Assembly (NCBI GenBank): GCA_035479415.1
Contig: DATIIS010000030.1
Location: 864 to 64,863, forward strand
DNA length: 64,000 nucleotides
Direction: 5' to 3'
Source: Candidatus Saccharimonadales bacterium
GTDB lineage: Bacteria > Patescibacteriota > Microgenomatia > Levybacterales > UBA12049
Shown here: one piece after another, positions 9,424 to 16,990 of the stretch
How positions within the stretch are numbered: position 1 is the stretch's first letter
How the letters are laid out: every line of letters starts with the position of its first letter
The notes under the pieces: generated by a model
The model's input: the letters and a program-made list of their open reading frames with translations, nothing else
What the model was told of the DNA's origin: nothing
The model's database searches: none
Made by a program: the position numbers and the translations under genes

Positions 9424-9458
9424 CGGGAAAAAGTCCAGATTTCGGGAATGTGCGGGAA
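9424..9458. promoter_or_regulatory. Three CGGGAA (TTCCCG on minus) direct repeats upstream of the small-gene operon
   Basis: CGGGAA at 9424-9429, 9443-9448 and 9453-9458. On the minus strand they sit just upstream of a TTGGCT-N16-TATAAG promoter-like sequence. Confidence 0.35.
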
Positions 9459-9474
9459 TAATAAATTATTTTTG

Positions 9475-9948
9475 CTAATCATCCTCAGCAAGCGCTTTTA
9501 ACGCAGCTTCCACAATTGCTGAATCAGTTTTATGAGTAATACTAGTATCAATCTTTTGTACATAATCAAACCCAGCTCTTGATAATAAATCCTTTGCAGC
9601 TGTTATTTGAGATGGCCATGCACCTTTTGCTCTTACTGCTTCATTTAATTTAAGTACAGCATCAACAGCACCATCTTTGACTAATTGGTCAATTCGCTTA
9701 AATTGCTTGGCATACTCTTCTCTATGCTCCTTCATACGGTACTTATATGCCTCATAGAGCCTTCCATTTCTCGTGAACCATGATTTAACCGTTTGGTGCT
9801 CACGCTTTGCTTTAAAGGCAATTGAACGATAGGAGTATCCATGTACAGCCATATCAACATAGAGTTTGTCCTTATCGTCTTCTAGCGAGTCAAAAGCATT
9901 ATATATAGGGCGGTTGATATTGGTTGATTTTGGTAGTTTTGCAGCCAT
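9475..9948 (-). CDS. HTH protein resembling phage terminase small subunit
   Basis: HTH-like GYSYRSIAFKAKREHQTVKSWF and the C-terminal ITAAKDLLSRAGF motif, typical of TerS-type proteins. Weak, pattern-based call. Confidence 0.35.
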   Translation of the reverse strand: MAAKLPKSTNINRPIYNAFDSLEDDKDKLYVDMAVHGYSYRSIAFKAKREHQTVKSWFTRNGRLYEAYKYRMKEHREEYAKQFKRIDQLVKDGAVDAVLKLNEAVRAKGAWPSQITAAKDLLSRAGFDYVQKIDTSITHKTDSAIVEAALKALAEDD

Positions 9949-10020
9949 GCTTTTATTATCTCATGGAGAAAATTCAAAATTATACAATTCTAAATAAATG
10001 ATTATTTTGCTTATAATGTA

Positions 10021-10049
10021 CTGTGTTTTACTGTGTTTTTCTGTGTTTT
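10021..10049. repeat. Three helically phased CTGTGTTTT tandem repeats (iteron/operator-like)
   Basis: CTGTGTTTT at 10021, 10031 and 10041 (10-bp period). They lie just upstream of the minus-strand TATAAT (9979-9984) of the 9948 gene and downstream of the Cap15-like gene. Confidence 0.6.
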
Positions 10050-10086
10050 AGCCTCAGGTGTTATTAGGAGATTTATTGTAAAATGA

Positions 10087-10689
10087 CTACAAATCGTGCT
10101 TTAGTTGCTTAGATGAAAAGAGATATTCCATGTCTCCAGTATTGCCTGCGCTGTTGAAATATGTTCCTTTCAACTTTTTACTTTTACCCGACTCTACATA
10201 CTCAACTTTCGCCGTTCCCAAATGGTTCTTCATTTTTTCTTTGCTTTTAACTGCTATTTCACTGTCGTATGTGTAATAAAGGTATTGATTGTCACCTTCA
10301 TTTCCAAAAGATGCAATAACTTTTTTTGATTTAGATTCAGGAAAATAGGCTCTAAAAGAAATCTTTGAAAAGGTTTGGTCTATCTCCAAAGCACCTGGTA
10401 CTTCGGTATTCAATCCATTCTCCTTATGACTGGAAACGTGCTTACCTTCCCATCTGCCTTCCAAATTAGGTACCGTTACAACGCCAAAAAACCTAAAAAT
10501 GTTAATTTTCCACAAGTATATGTCAAACAAAATAAAGAGCAGTCCATAAATAACTAGAGGGGTTGGTTTATCAATCCACCATGGAAGATTGGGAATATAT
10601 TTATCAAATCCCGCAAGCCAAAGAGAGACAGTAGGTAGTAAGCCTACAAACAAAATTAAATGTGATAATTTTTTTAGGTCAACTCCCAT
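10087..10689 (-). CDS. 2TM plus beta-strand-rich effector (S-2TMbeta / Cap15-like) of a CBASS-like module
   Basis: Two N-terminal TM helices (LILFVGLLPTVSLWLAGF and LVIYGLLFILFDIYLW), then a ~130-aa beta-rich domain (EGRWEGK, ISFRAYF, LYYTYDSE, GTAKVEYV, KGTYFNSAGNTGDMEY). The start codon lies inside the end of the NTase gene. Confidence 0.6.
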   Translation of the reverse strand: MGVDLKKLSHLILFVGLLPTVSLWLAGFDKYIPNLPWWIDKPTPLVIYGLLFILFDIYLWKINIFRFFGVVTVPNLEGRWEGKHVSSHKENGLNTEVPGALEIDQTFSKISFRAYFPESKSKKVIASFGNEGDNQYLYYTYDSEIAVKSKEKMKNHLGTAKVEYVESGKSKKLKGTYFNSAGNTGDMEYLFSSKQLKHDL

Positions 10690-11587
10690 TTTTTACTTTA
10701 TACCATGCATCAGCAAGACGGATAAAGTTTCTGGCTTTCTCTGGTTTCCATTGATGCTGCATTGTGCCAAATAAATGATGCTGGTGACTTACGGTGAAAA
10801 AGGTTGATAAGTTCGGATGGCGTAAAATAAAATCTGTTATATACAAAAATGTTGATTTGTAGTCACCAACAAAAAGATTGTCAGGTACATTATAAATAAG
10901 ACACTCCACTGAATAAGAAGGTACATCTTCCATTTGTATCAAACTCAAATCAGCAAGTTCTCCTCTGATTCTTTTAAATATTCGGACAAAGTCTTTGTAT
11001 TTTCCATATGTTCTATTCTGATGATTTTTCCGAATACCATTCTCTTTATGTATCTTAGGATAGTTTGTCATCATTGTCCCATCAGATGTCCAAAAAGCTA
11101 TACCGCTCACAAAATCCTCTTTATTTAACATAGTAAAACTATTAAAGTTTTTATAGGTTATTGTTGGGACAACATCTGCATTAAGTCTACCAGCATTGCC
11201 TTTTACTTTAATCGCTTTGTTTCCAATATCTACGTTTGCATCTCCAAATTGACGCTTTAGTACGATTCCTACATCTTTTTTGAATAACTCCCACGTATAT
11301 GTAGCCGATGAAGGATATGCTATTTGGTACCACGATTGTTCTAAAGCTGATAAGTGAGATGTTCTTCCGCAAAAAGAGGACGTTAGTTCCAAAACCACAT
11401 CAATATCACTGTCTTCTTTTACATTTGTACTATTGAGATATGAACCTTGCAGATAAGTATCAAATGTTATGTCTGCAAAAGCACTGTTTCCGACTACTGC
11501 ATTTTTAATTTGTTGATATGCTTGCTCAGCACGGGTACTCCCTGGTGGATTTGCCAACCTTAAAAAATCGCTATGAACAAAGGCCAT
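10679..11587 (-). CDS. SMODS / CD-NTase-like nucleotidyltransferase
   Basis: Pol-beta NTase core YLQGSYLNSTNVKEDSDIDVV (GS...DxD), a third acidic strand LNADVVP, and the YSVECLIYNVP helix typical of SMODS/CD-NTases. Confidence 0.65.
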   Translation of the reverse strand: MAFVHSDFLRLANPPGSTRAEQAYQQIKNAVVGNSAFADITFDTYLQGSYLNSTNVKEDSDIDVVLELTSSFCGRTSHLSALEQSWYQIAYPSSATYTWELFKKDVGIVLKRQFGDANVDIGNKAIKVKGNAGRLNADVVPTITYKNFNSFTMLNKEDFVSGIAFWTSDGTMMTNYPKIHKENGIRKNHQNRTYGKYKDFVRIFKRIRGELADLSLIQMEDVPSYSVECLIYNVPDNLFVGDYKSTFLYITDFILRHPNLSTFFTVSHQHHLFGTMQHQWKPEKARNFIRLADAWYKVKNGS

Positions 11588-11692
11588 ATTATCCCAATAA
11601 GCATAGCACTGAATCTATATTAGTCAAATACTTGTGCTTCTAGTTAATAAAAGAGGCCTCAAGGTTAGTATGTACAACTATCTAGGTTAAAT

Positions 11693-12844
11693 TTATTGTT
11701 TACTTTCTTTAGTCAAAAAACTTACTGTGTTCTGGATTTCACTTTCGGATACAAATATTCCCTGAGCGCGAACTGGCTTTTGAAGTTCAGGTTCAAGAAA
11801 AAACATGTCACCTTTTCCAAGCAATCTATCTGTATCTGGAATATCCAAAGAGACACTATAATCTAATTTCCTTGGAAGAAATAAACCAATACGTGCTGGA
11901 ATATTAGATTTTATTTGAGGCGAGAATACCTCTGCATTTGGCTTTTGAGTTGCCAAAATCATATGTACGCCTGCACTATGACCAAGTCGTGTTATACGAA
12001 CAATTGCATCCTCTGCGTTCATGTAGGAGTCCTCTAAAAGTGCTTCCATGTCATCAATCACAGTGACAATATACGGTAATGCTTGGTAACCCATTATTTG
12101 GTTATATGAATCAATATTCCGTACTCCCTTTTCTGCAAAAGTTTTGTGCCGTCTATCTATTTCAGCCATTAACCATTTAAGTGCTGAGAGAATTTTTTCT
12201 GGTGCATTTAATGCAGGAGTCAATAAATGAGGGATACCATTGTAAATAGACATGTCAACATTTTTTGTATCTATAAGAATAAGCTTTACCTCTGTAGGAC
12301 TTGCTCTGAATAGGAGTGATGTAATAAAGGAGTTGATGACAGTTGTTTTTCCTGACCTAGCATTGCCTGCAATAAGAAGGTGAGGTAGTCGTGCTAAGTT
12401 AGTAACTAGAGGAAAACCTACAACATTCAACCCTAAAGGCAATGCAAGCTTTGATTTGGCTTGTTGCATAACTTGCGAAGATAAAACTTGTTTCAGCCTA
12501 ACTAGTTCTGAGGTGATGTTAACAATTTCTAAGCCAATAAGATTTCTCCCAGGAATGGGGGCTTCAATGCGAATTTGTCCAGTTGGAGCTTGTGTAGCTA
12601 AAGCTAAATCACCTGCTAGAGCAGTTACTTCAGAAATGCGAGTGCCAGCAGCGACTTCAATAGCGTATTGCGTAATTGTTGCTCCTAAATTTACTTCTGC
12701 AACCCGAGCCTCTACTCCAAAGCTTTTTAACGTTTTCTCTATTGTTGATGCAATACTCTTAATATCTCCCCGCTGTGCTTTTTCGCCAACAACATCAGAC
12801 AAAAGAGATAACGGAGGGTATTCCCATACAGCTGATTTATCCAT
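11693..12844 (-). CDS. FtsK/SpoIIIE-family ATPase, motor domain only (no TM, no gamma domain)
   Basis: FtsK alpha/beta pattern: PPLSLL..., EVNLGATITQYAIE, Walker A LLIAGNARSGKT, Walker B VTVIDDMEALL, ILATQKPN...IPARIG. 383 aa, ends right after the motor. Confidence 0.75.
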   Translation of the reverse strand: MDKSAVWEYPPLSLLSDVVGEKAQRGDIKSIASTIEKTLKSFGVEARVAEVNLGATITQYAIEVAAGTRISEVTALAGDLALATQAPTGQIRIEAPIPGRNLIGLEIVNITSELVRLKQVLSSQVMQQAKSKLALPLGLNVVGFPLVTNLARLPHLLIAGNARSGKTTVINSFITSLLFRASPTEVKLILIDTKNVDMSIYNGIPHLLTPALNAPEKILSALKWLMAEIDRRHKTFAEKGVRNIDSYNQIMGYQALPYIVTVIDDMEALLEDSYMNAEDAIVRITRLGHSAGVHMILATQKPNAEVFSPQIKSNIPARIGLFLPRKLDYSVSLDIPDTDRLLGKGDMFFLEPELQKPVRAQGIFVSESEIQNTVSFLTKESKQ

Positions 12845-12914
12845 AGTGCAAGTATATCAAAGAGTGAGTAATTTATTGAGAAGTACCTTCTATGGTAGAA
12901 TAATCTTGTAAGAT

Positions 12915-13154
12915 ATGAAACTTTTCAGGTATCGTAAACCGTCTTTGAACACATTACTAGGCGTTACTGCTGCAAAAAGACGATTTAGGAAAGCTGTTGG
13001 CATAAGCACATTTGAGAGATACACAAAACCCTCCAGAATTAAGCAAAGCTTTAAGCAAAAGCTGGGAATATATTCACCTACAATGACCTTAATACGACAA
13101 ACAAGCAAAGGTAATTTCCCAACTTTTTTGGGACTTTTTAAAAAGAGGAAATAA
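12915..13154 (+). CDS. Small basic hypothetical protein
   Basis: 79-aa Lys/Arg-rich ORF, divergent from the FtsK-like gene and preceded by TGGTAGAAT. No family recognised. Confidence 0.35.
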   Translation: MKLFRYRKPSLNTLLGVTAAKRRFRKAVGISTFERYTKPSRIKQSFKQKLGIYSPTMTLIRQTSKGNFPTFLGLFKKRK

Positions 13155-13243
13155 GATAATCAAAATTTCTAGACTTATAAAAAGTTCCTACATAGTCAAT
13201 CAGTGCCAGCAATGAATTTTAGCCTCAAAAATTTTTTACCTTT

Positions 13244-13272
13244 GAGCTCACCGCGAGCGAGGATTCGAACCA
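13244..13272 (-). other. tRNA 3'-end-like fragment (T-loop plus acceptor strand only)
   Basis: The minus strand reads GGTTCGAATCCTCGCTCGCGGTGAGCTC: a canonical T-loop, then 3' T-stem and acceptor-like sequence with no 5' partner. It differs from the tRNA-Gln 3' end. Confidence 0.3.
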
Positions 13273-13333
13273 AACAGATATAAAATATTAAAGCAAAGAA
13301 GAAGTGTATGCTTTCTTGAAGAAACCTGGAGTT

Positions 13334-14284
13334 TTAGTCCGGAATGAAATCTCTGGGTACATTGTTTATTCTATCCTGAATACTCACTTTGCTTACTATC
13401 TCTTCTGAAGTAGTTTTCGAAAATGAATCAACGATTTTAGTAAGTTCGTCCGGAGTAATACTCGTTTTATATTGAGATAATCCTCTTAGATCCAATTCAG
13501 GGGATGTAATGACAGTTGATCCGATTTTAAATGCAATAGTAACTTGAAAAAGATTATCTACGTCCTTTTGAGTCAACTGAGACAACATCTTAGGTTCGTC
13601 TTCTCCATCTATATATTTTCTATAAACTTTTATACCGTTAGGAGTAACAAAAAACATACATGCCTTATCCAATGCCCCCCAGTCGGGGTCGGATTGCTTC
13701 AAATCCTCGCAGGTTTGAGAATTCAGGATATTGTCATCTTTATATTCGGTAAAAGAAATGATATCAACAGGGCTTCCTCCAATTTCATCTCCGTTTGGTG
13801 GCTCATAGCGTAAAGTCAAATTTGTAGGCTTACCTATATCAGGGGCCGAGTCGGAAATATCCCAATCTTTCAAGGTAAACCCCTTGGGCATGAATGTTGG
13901 AGTATAAATAGCAAAACCAAGAGACCGTATCGATTGAGCATCTTTTTTTATAGCATTTATTACGATTGCTTTTTGCATAGCGTTATAATCATCTTTGTAA
14001 ATTTTTTCCTGAATCCATGGGCTAATTAAAGCTGCTAAAGCGAAAAGGATAAGAATATAAATAATGGTATGCTGTGCTTTATATACTTTTTTATTTTTTA
14101 TGCTTACAAAGGATAATATAATTCCGGCTAAAAGAAATACGCACCATTGGGATTCAAAAATATAATAAGCGATGCCTACATAAGGAGAAAAGAGAAAAAT
14201 TCTAAAAAGACCTTGAAAAATTGTATAAAGTCCCAAGTTCAAAAAAATTACCAATAAAATAATTTTGCGAGTTTCTTTAGGCAT
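13334..14284 (-). CDS. Hypothetical membrane protein with extracytoplasmic C-terminal domain
   Basis: 316-aa ORF with about four N-terminal TM helices and a soluble C-terminal domain (YTPTFMPKGFTLKDWD). No firm family. Confidence 0.55.
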   Translation of the reverse strand: MPKETRKIILLVIFLNLGLYTIFQGLFRIFLFSPYVGIAYYIFESQWCVFLLAGIILSFVSIKNKKVYKAQHTIIYILILFALAALISPWIQEKIYKDDYNAMQKAIVINAIKKDAQSIRSLGFAIYTPTFMPKGFTLKDWDISDSAPDIGKPTNLTLRYEPPNGDEIGGSPVDIISFTEYKDDNILNSQTCEDLKQSDPDWGALDKACMFFVTPNGIKVYRKYIDGEDEPKMLSQLTQKDVDNLFQVTIAFKIGSTVITSPELDLRGLSQYKTSITPDELTKIVDSFSKTTSEEIVSKVSIQDRINNVPRDFIPD

Positions 14285-14459
14285 TGTACTAATAGTTTGG
14301 AATTTTAAAAGAGTAAAGTCAAGATTAAATCGAGAAATTATTCATTATTTCCCTTCTCATCTTTAAGAAATATTACATTTCCATTATTATAAATAAAGCC
14401 AAGCTAATGATATATTTCTAGTTGACAGCATTGAGTAAATCTACCACTATATATAGTAT

Positions 14460-16034
14460 ATGCAAAAGCCTCAAATACTCATTGTTGGAGCTGGTCCAAC
14501 AGGCCTTATGATGGCCTGCCAACTTACCGTCTTTGGAATTCCCTTTAGAATTATTGAAAAAAATGATCATCCAGTCAAAGAATCTCGTGCGCTTGGGATT
14601 CAAGCAAGAACACTTGAAATTTTTCGTCAGATGGGCATTGTTGATGAGTTCTTGAAAAATGGTCAAAAGACAAAAGCACTTAATTATATCGTTGGGAATA
14701 TAACACGCCGTATCCCAATAGGCGAATTAGGGCAGGGAATTTCTGAATATCCATTTCTTCTCATGCACGAGCAATCCAAAACAGAAAAAGTTTTCAACGA
14801 GTTCCTCCAAAAACATAGTAAAAAAGTTGAATGGGGGACAGAGCTTGTCCGTTTTACCCAAGATCTGGACGGAGTAACAGCTGTCATAAAAGAAAAAAAA
14901 GGAAAAGAAGAAATACAGACATTTGATTATGTCGTGGGTGCAGATGGTGCACGTAGTGTCGTTAGACATGGGCTTGGGATTGAATTGGCAGGAGCAACAT
15001 ATCATCAGCTTCTCTATGTCCTTGACTGCAAAGTTGAATCTTCTACTTTTAAAGATAATGAAATTTATCTATCTCTTTCAAAAAATATATTTACTGCATT
15101 TTTTCCACTTGCTCACAATGTCTGGAGAATTATTGGAGTAGTCCCGGATGAACTTTCTTTAAAGAAGGATATAACATTTGAGGATATCCAAGCACATTTT
15201 TCAGAACATCTTACTATTCCTGTCAAACTTTCACATCCCAACTGGATTTCTGTCTATCACTCTCATCACAGATGCGTTAAAGAATTTCGTCTCGGAAGAT
15301 GTTTTTTGACAGGTGATGCGGCACATATTCATTCACCAGTTGGAGCACAAGGGATGAATACAGGACTTCAAGATGCGTATAATTTAGCTTGGAAATTGGC
15401 TTTTGTCCTTCAGGGTAAAGCTGATCCAGCGCTTCTCGATACATATAATGAAGAGAGATTGCCTTTTGCTCAAAAACTCGTTGAGACAACAGATAGAGCA
15501 TTTAGTCTTGTTGTAAGTGAAAATCCTCTTAAAGCCATTTTTACAAAATATATTGCACCTCTTGTAATGAAAGAAATTGTCAAAAAAGATTTCACAAGGA
15601 TGTTTATGTTTAAAACTATCTCTCAAACAGGTATTTCCTACAAAGAAGGTCCGCTTTCTCAGAATGCATCGTTTGGAATTTTTCCTAAAATTTCACCATT
15701 GCCAGGGGATCGTTTGCCCTTTATTTTTTATACAAATGAAAAGGGACAAGAGAAAAATATTCAAGAACTAGTGACAACGACAAAAATGGAACTACTTATC
15801 TTTGAGAATGACAATACCATGGAAGATGTCTTAAATCTTAGTTTAGAGAAATATAAAGATACATTTCATATAACAGTGATCAAAGGCAACAAAGAATTAT
15901 TTGAGGCCTTTGGGATAGTCTCTGATGGATTCTATTTAGTCCGACCTGATATGTATATCTCATATCGTAGTCAGGGGATCTCTGTTCAACATTTTGAAAA
16001 GTACCTCCAACAATTTTTTATCTACACAATATAA
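14460..16034 (+). CDS. FAD-dependent aromatic-ring monooxygenase/hydroxylase family
   Basis: GxGxxG (ILIVGAGPTGLMMACQL), DG motif (VVGADGARSVVR) and GDAAHIHSPVGAQGMNTGLQDAYNLAWKL. Confidence 0.8.
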   Translation: MQKPQILIVGAGPTGLMMACQLTVFGIPFRIIEKNDHPVKESRALGIQARTLEIFRQMGIVDEFLKNGQKTKALNYIVGNITRRIPIGELGQGISEYPFLLMHEQSKTEKVFNEFLQKHSKKVEWGTELVRFTQDLDGVTAVIKEKKGKEEIQTFDYVVGADGARSVVRHGLGIELAGATYHQLLYVLDCKVESSTFKDNEIYLSLSKNIFTAFFPLAHNVWRIIGVVPDELSLKKDITFEDIQAHFSEHLTIPVKLSHPNWISVYHSHHRCVKEFRLGRCFLTGDAAHIHSPVGAQGMNTGLQDAYNLAWKLAFVLQGKADPALLDTYNEERLPFAQKLVETTDRAFSLVVSENPLKAIFTKYIAPLVMKEIVKKDFTRMFMFKTISQTGISYKEGPLSQNASFGIFPKISPLPGDRLPFIFYTNEKGQEKNIQELVTTTKMELLIFENDNTMEDVLNLSLEKYKDTFHITVIKGNKELFEAFGIVSDGFYLVRPDMYISYRSQGISVQHFEKYLQQFFIYTI

Positions 16035-16058
16035 TTTTGTTCTTGATATACTATTCTC

Positions 16059-16502
16059 ATGAAGAAAGGAGTTGATTATATTGGTGTTGGAGTGGGTGCT
16101 GCTATCATAGATGATACAGGTAAAATACTTATCACCAAACGCGGCAAAAAAGCAAAAAATGAGCGTGGAAAATGGGAAATTCCCGGTGGGGGAGTTGAGT
16201 TTAATGAGACATTTGAGACTGCTCTCAAGAGAGAGATAAAAGAAGAGCTTGATGTTGAGATTGAAATCTTGGAATTATTAGGAATTTACGATCACATCAT
16301 ACCCGAAGAGAGACAGCATTGGGTTGCGCCAACATATATTTGCAAGCTTGTAAAAGGTATACCCAAAATTCTTGAACCTGAAAAATGTGATGAAATTGGA
16401 TGGTTTACATTGGAAGAAGCTGAAAAATTATCACTTTCGCTCATAACCAAACATGATATTGAACTGTTGAGAAAAAGGTTTCCTATTTACGAGAAAATAT
16501 AG
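16059..16502 (+). CDS. NUDIX hydrolase
   Basis: Nudix box GGGVEFNETFETALKREIKEELDV (Gx5Ex7REUxEExGU). Confidence 0.85.
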   Translation: MKKGVDYIGVGVGAAIIDDTGKILITKRGKKAKNERGKWEIPGGGVEFNETFETALKREIKEELDVEIEILELLGIYDHIIPEERQHWVAPTYICKLVKGIPKILEPEKCDEIGWFTLEEAEKLSLSLITKHDIELLRKRFPIYEKI

Positions 16503-16514
16503 TATAATACACAT

Positions 16515-16634
16515 ATGGCAAAGAGAAATACAGGAGTCGGAAAAATGAAAAGGACTCATTCATACAAAACAAAGAAGCGTCTTGAAACAAAGCGAGAAAT
16601 GCTTGCTTCTCGTGCAGCAAAGCGCCACAATTAA
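16515..16634 (+). CDS. Small basic protein (39 aa), not in ORF track
   Basis: Hand translation gives MAKRNTGVGKMKRTHSYKTKKRLETKREMLASRAAKRHN. It fills the gap between the NUDIX and GIY-YIG genes. Coding status uncertain. Confidence 0.25.
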   Translation: MAKRNTGVGKMKRTHSYKTKKRLETKREMLASRAAKRHN

Positions 16635-16638
16635 TCTC

Positions 16639-16908
16639 CTATATAGTTTTTTTACTACAAAGAATTTCCTTTTGTTTGTGAGTTAATCTTTTTAATGTGA
16701 TTTCACGTCTAGCTGCAAGTAAATTTGATTCATGTTCTTCGAAATAATGTAATACGACGGGCCGTCTGATTTTTGTATATTTAGCGCCACCTGCTAATTC
16801 ACCATTATGTTGTCGTAGTCTTTTAGTAAGATTTATCGTTTTGCCAGTATAGTATGTGTTATCTGAACAGCGAACAATATATGTAAAATAGCTAGTTATA
16901 TCTGCCAT
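16639..16908 (-). CDS. GIY-YIG nuclease-family protein (UPF0213-like)
   Basis: YFTYIVRCSDNTYYTGKTINLTKRLRQHN ... KYT contains the GIY-YIG core. 89 aa. Confidence 0.75.
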   Translation of the reverse strand: MADITSYFTYIVRCSDNTYYTGKTINLTKRLRQHNGELAGGAKYTKIRRPVVLHYFEEHESNLLAARREITLKRLTHKQKEILCSKKTI

Positions 16909-16954
16909 TACTTAGAGTGTAGCAAAAAAATTCTAAAAATGTCCAAACTAACAC

Positions 16955-16983
16955 TTGATAAGTATGAGTTAAAAAAATATAAT
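16955..16983 (+). promoter_or_regulatory. Sigma70-type promoter of the FTR1-like gene; likely leaderless transcript
   Basis: TTGATA (16955-16960), 17-nt spacer, TATAAT (16978-16983). The ATG at 16991 lies 7 nt after the -10 and there is no SD. Confidence 0.45.
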
Positions 16984-16990
16984 TCATGGT

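Larger units (their letters stand above)
6827..13272. mobile_element. Putative integrative element (serine-recombinase type) inserted next to or within tRNA-Gln; right boundary uncertain
   Basis: tRNA-adjacent recombinase, HTH/DUF5659/TerS-like small genes, FtsK-like ATPase and a CBASS-like pair. No housekeeping genes. A tRNA 3'-end-like fragment lies at 13244-13272. Confidence 0.45.

Noticed and set aside
12456-12911. 151-aa plus-strand ORF antisense to the FtsK-like gene
   Set aside because: It lies entirely within a gene with clear Walker A/B and FtsK motifs. It has no motif of its own and a Cys/Ala/Ser-rich composition typical of antisense frames.
6827-13272. Interpretation of the island as a complete prophage
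   Set aside because: No capsid, portal, large terminase, tail or lysis genes are recognisable. The region is only about 6.5 kb and is dominated by recombinase, regulator, ATPase and defence genes.
16515-16634. Calling the 39-aa basic ORF ribosomal protein bL34 (rpmH)
   Set aside because: Only the MKRT start and a basic tail resemble bL34. The conserved HGFRxRM core is missing and the genomic context (not rnpA/yidC) is wrong.
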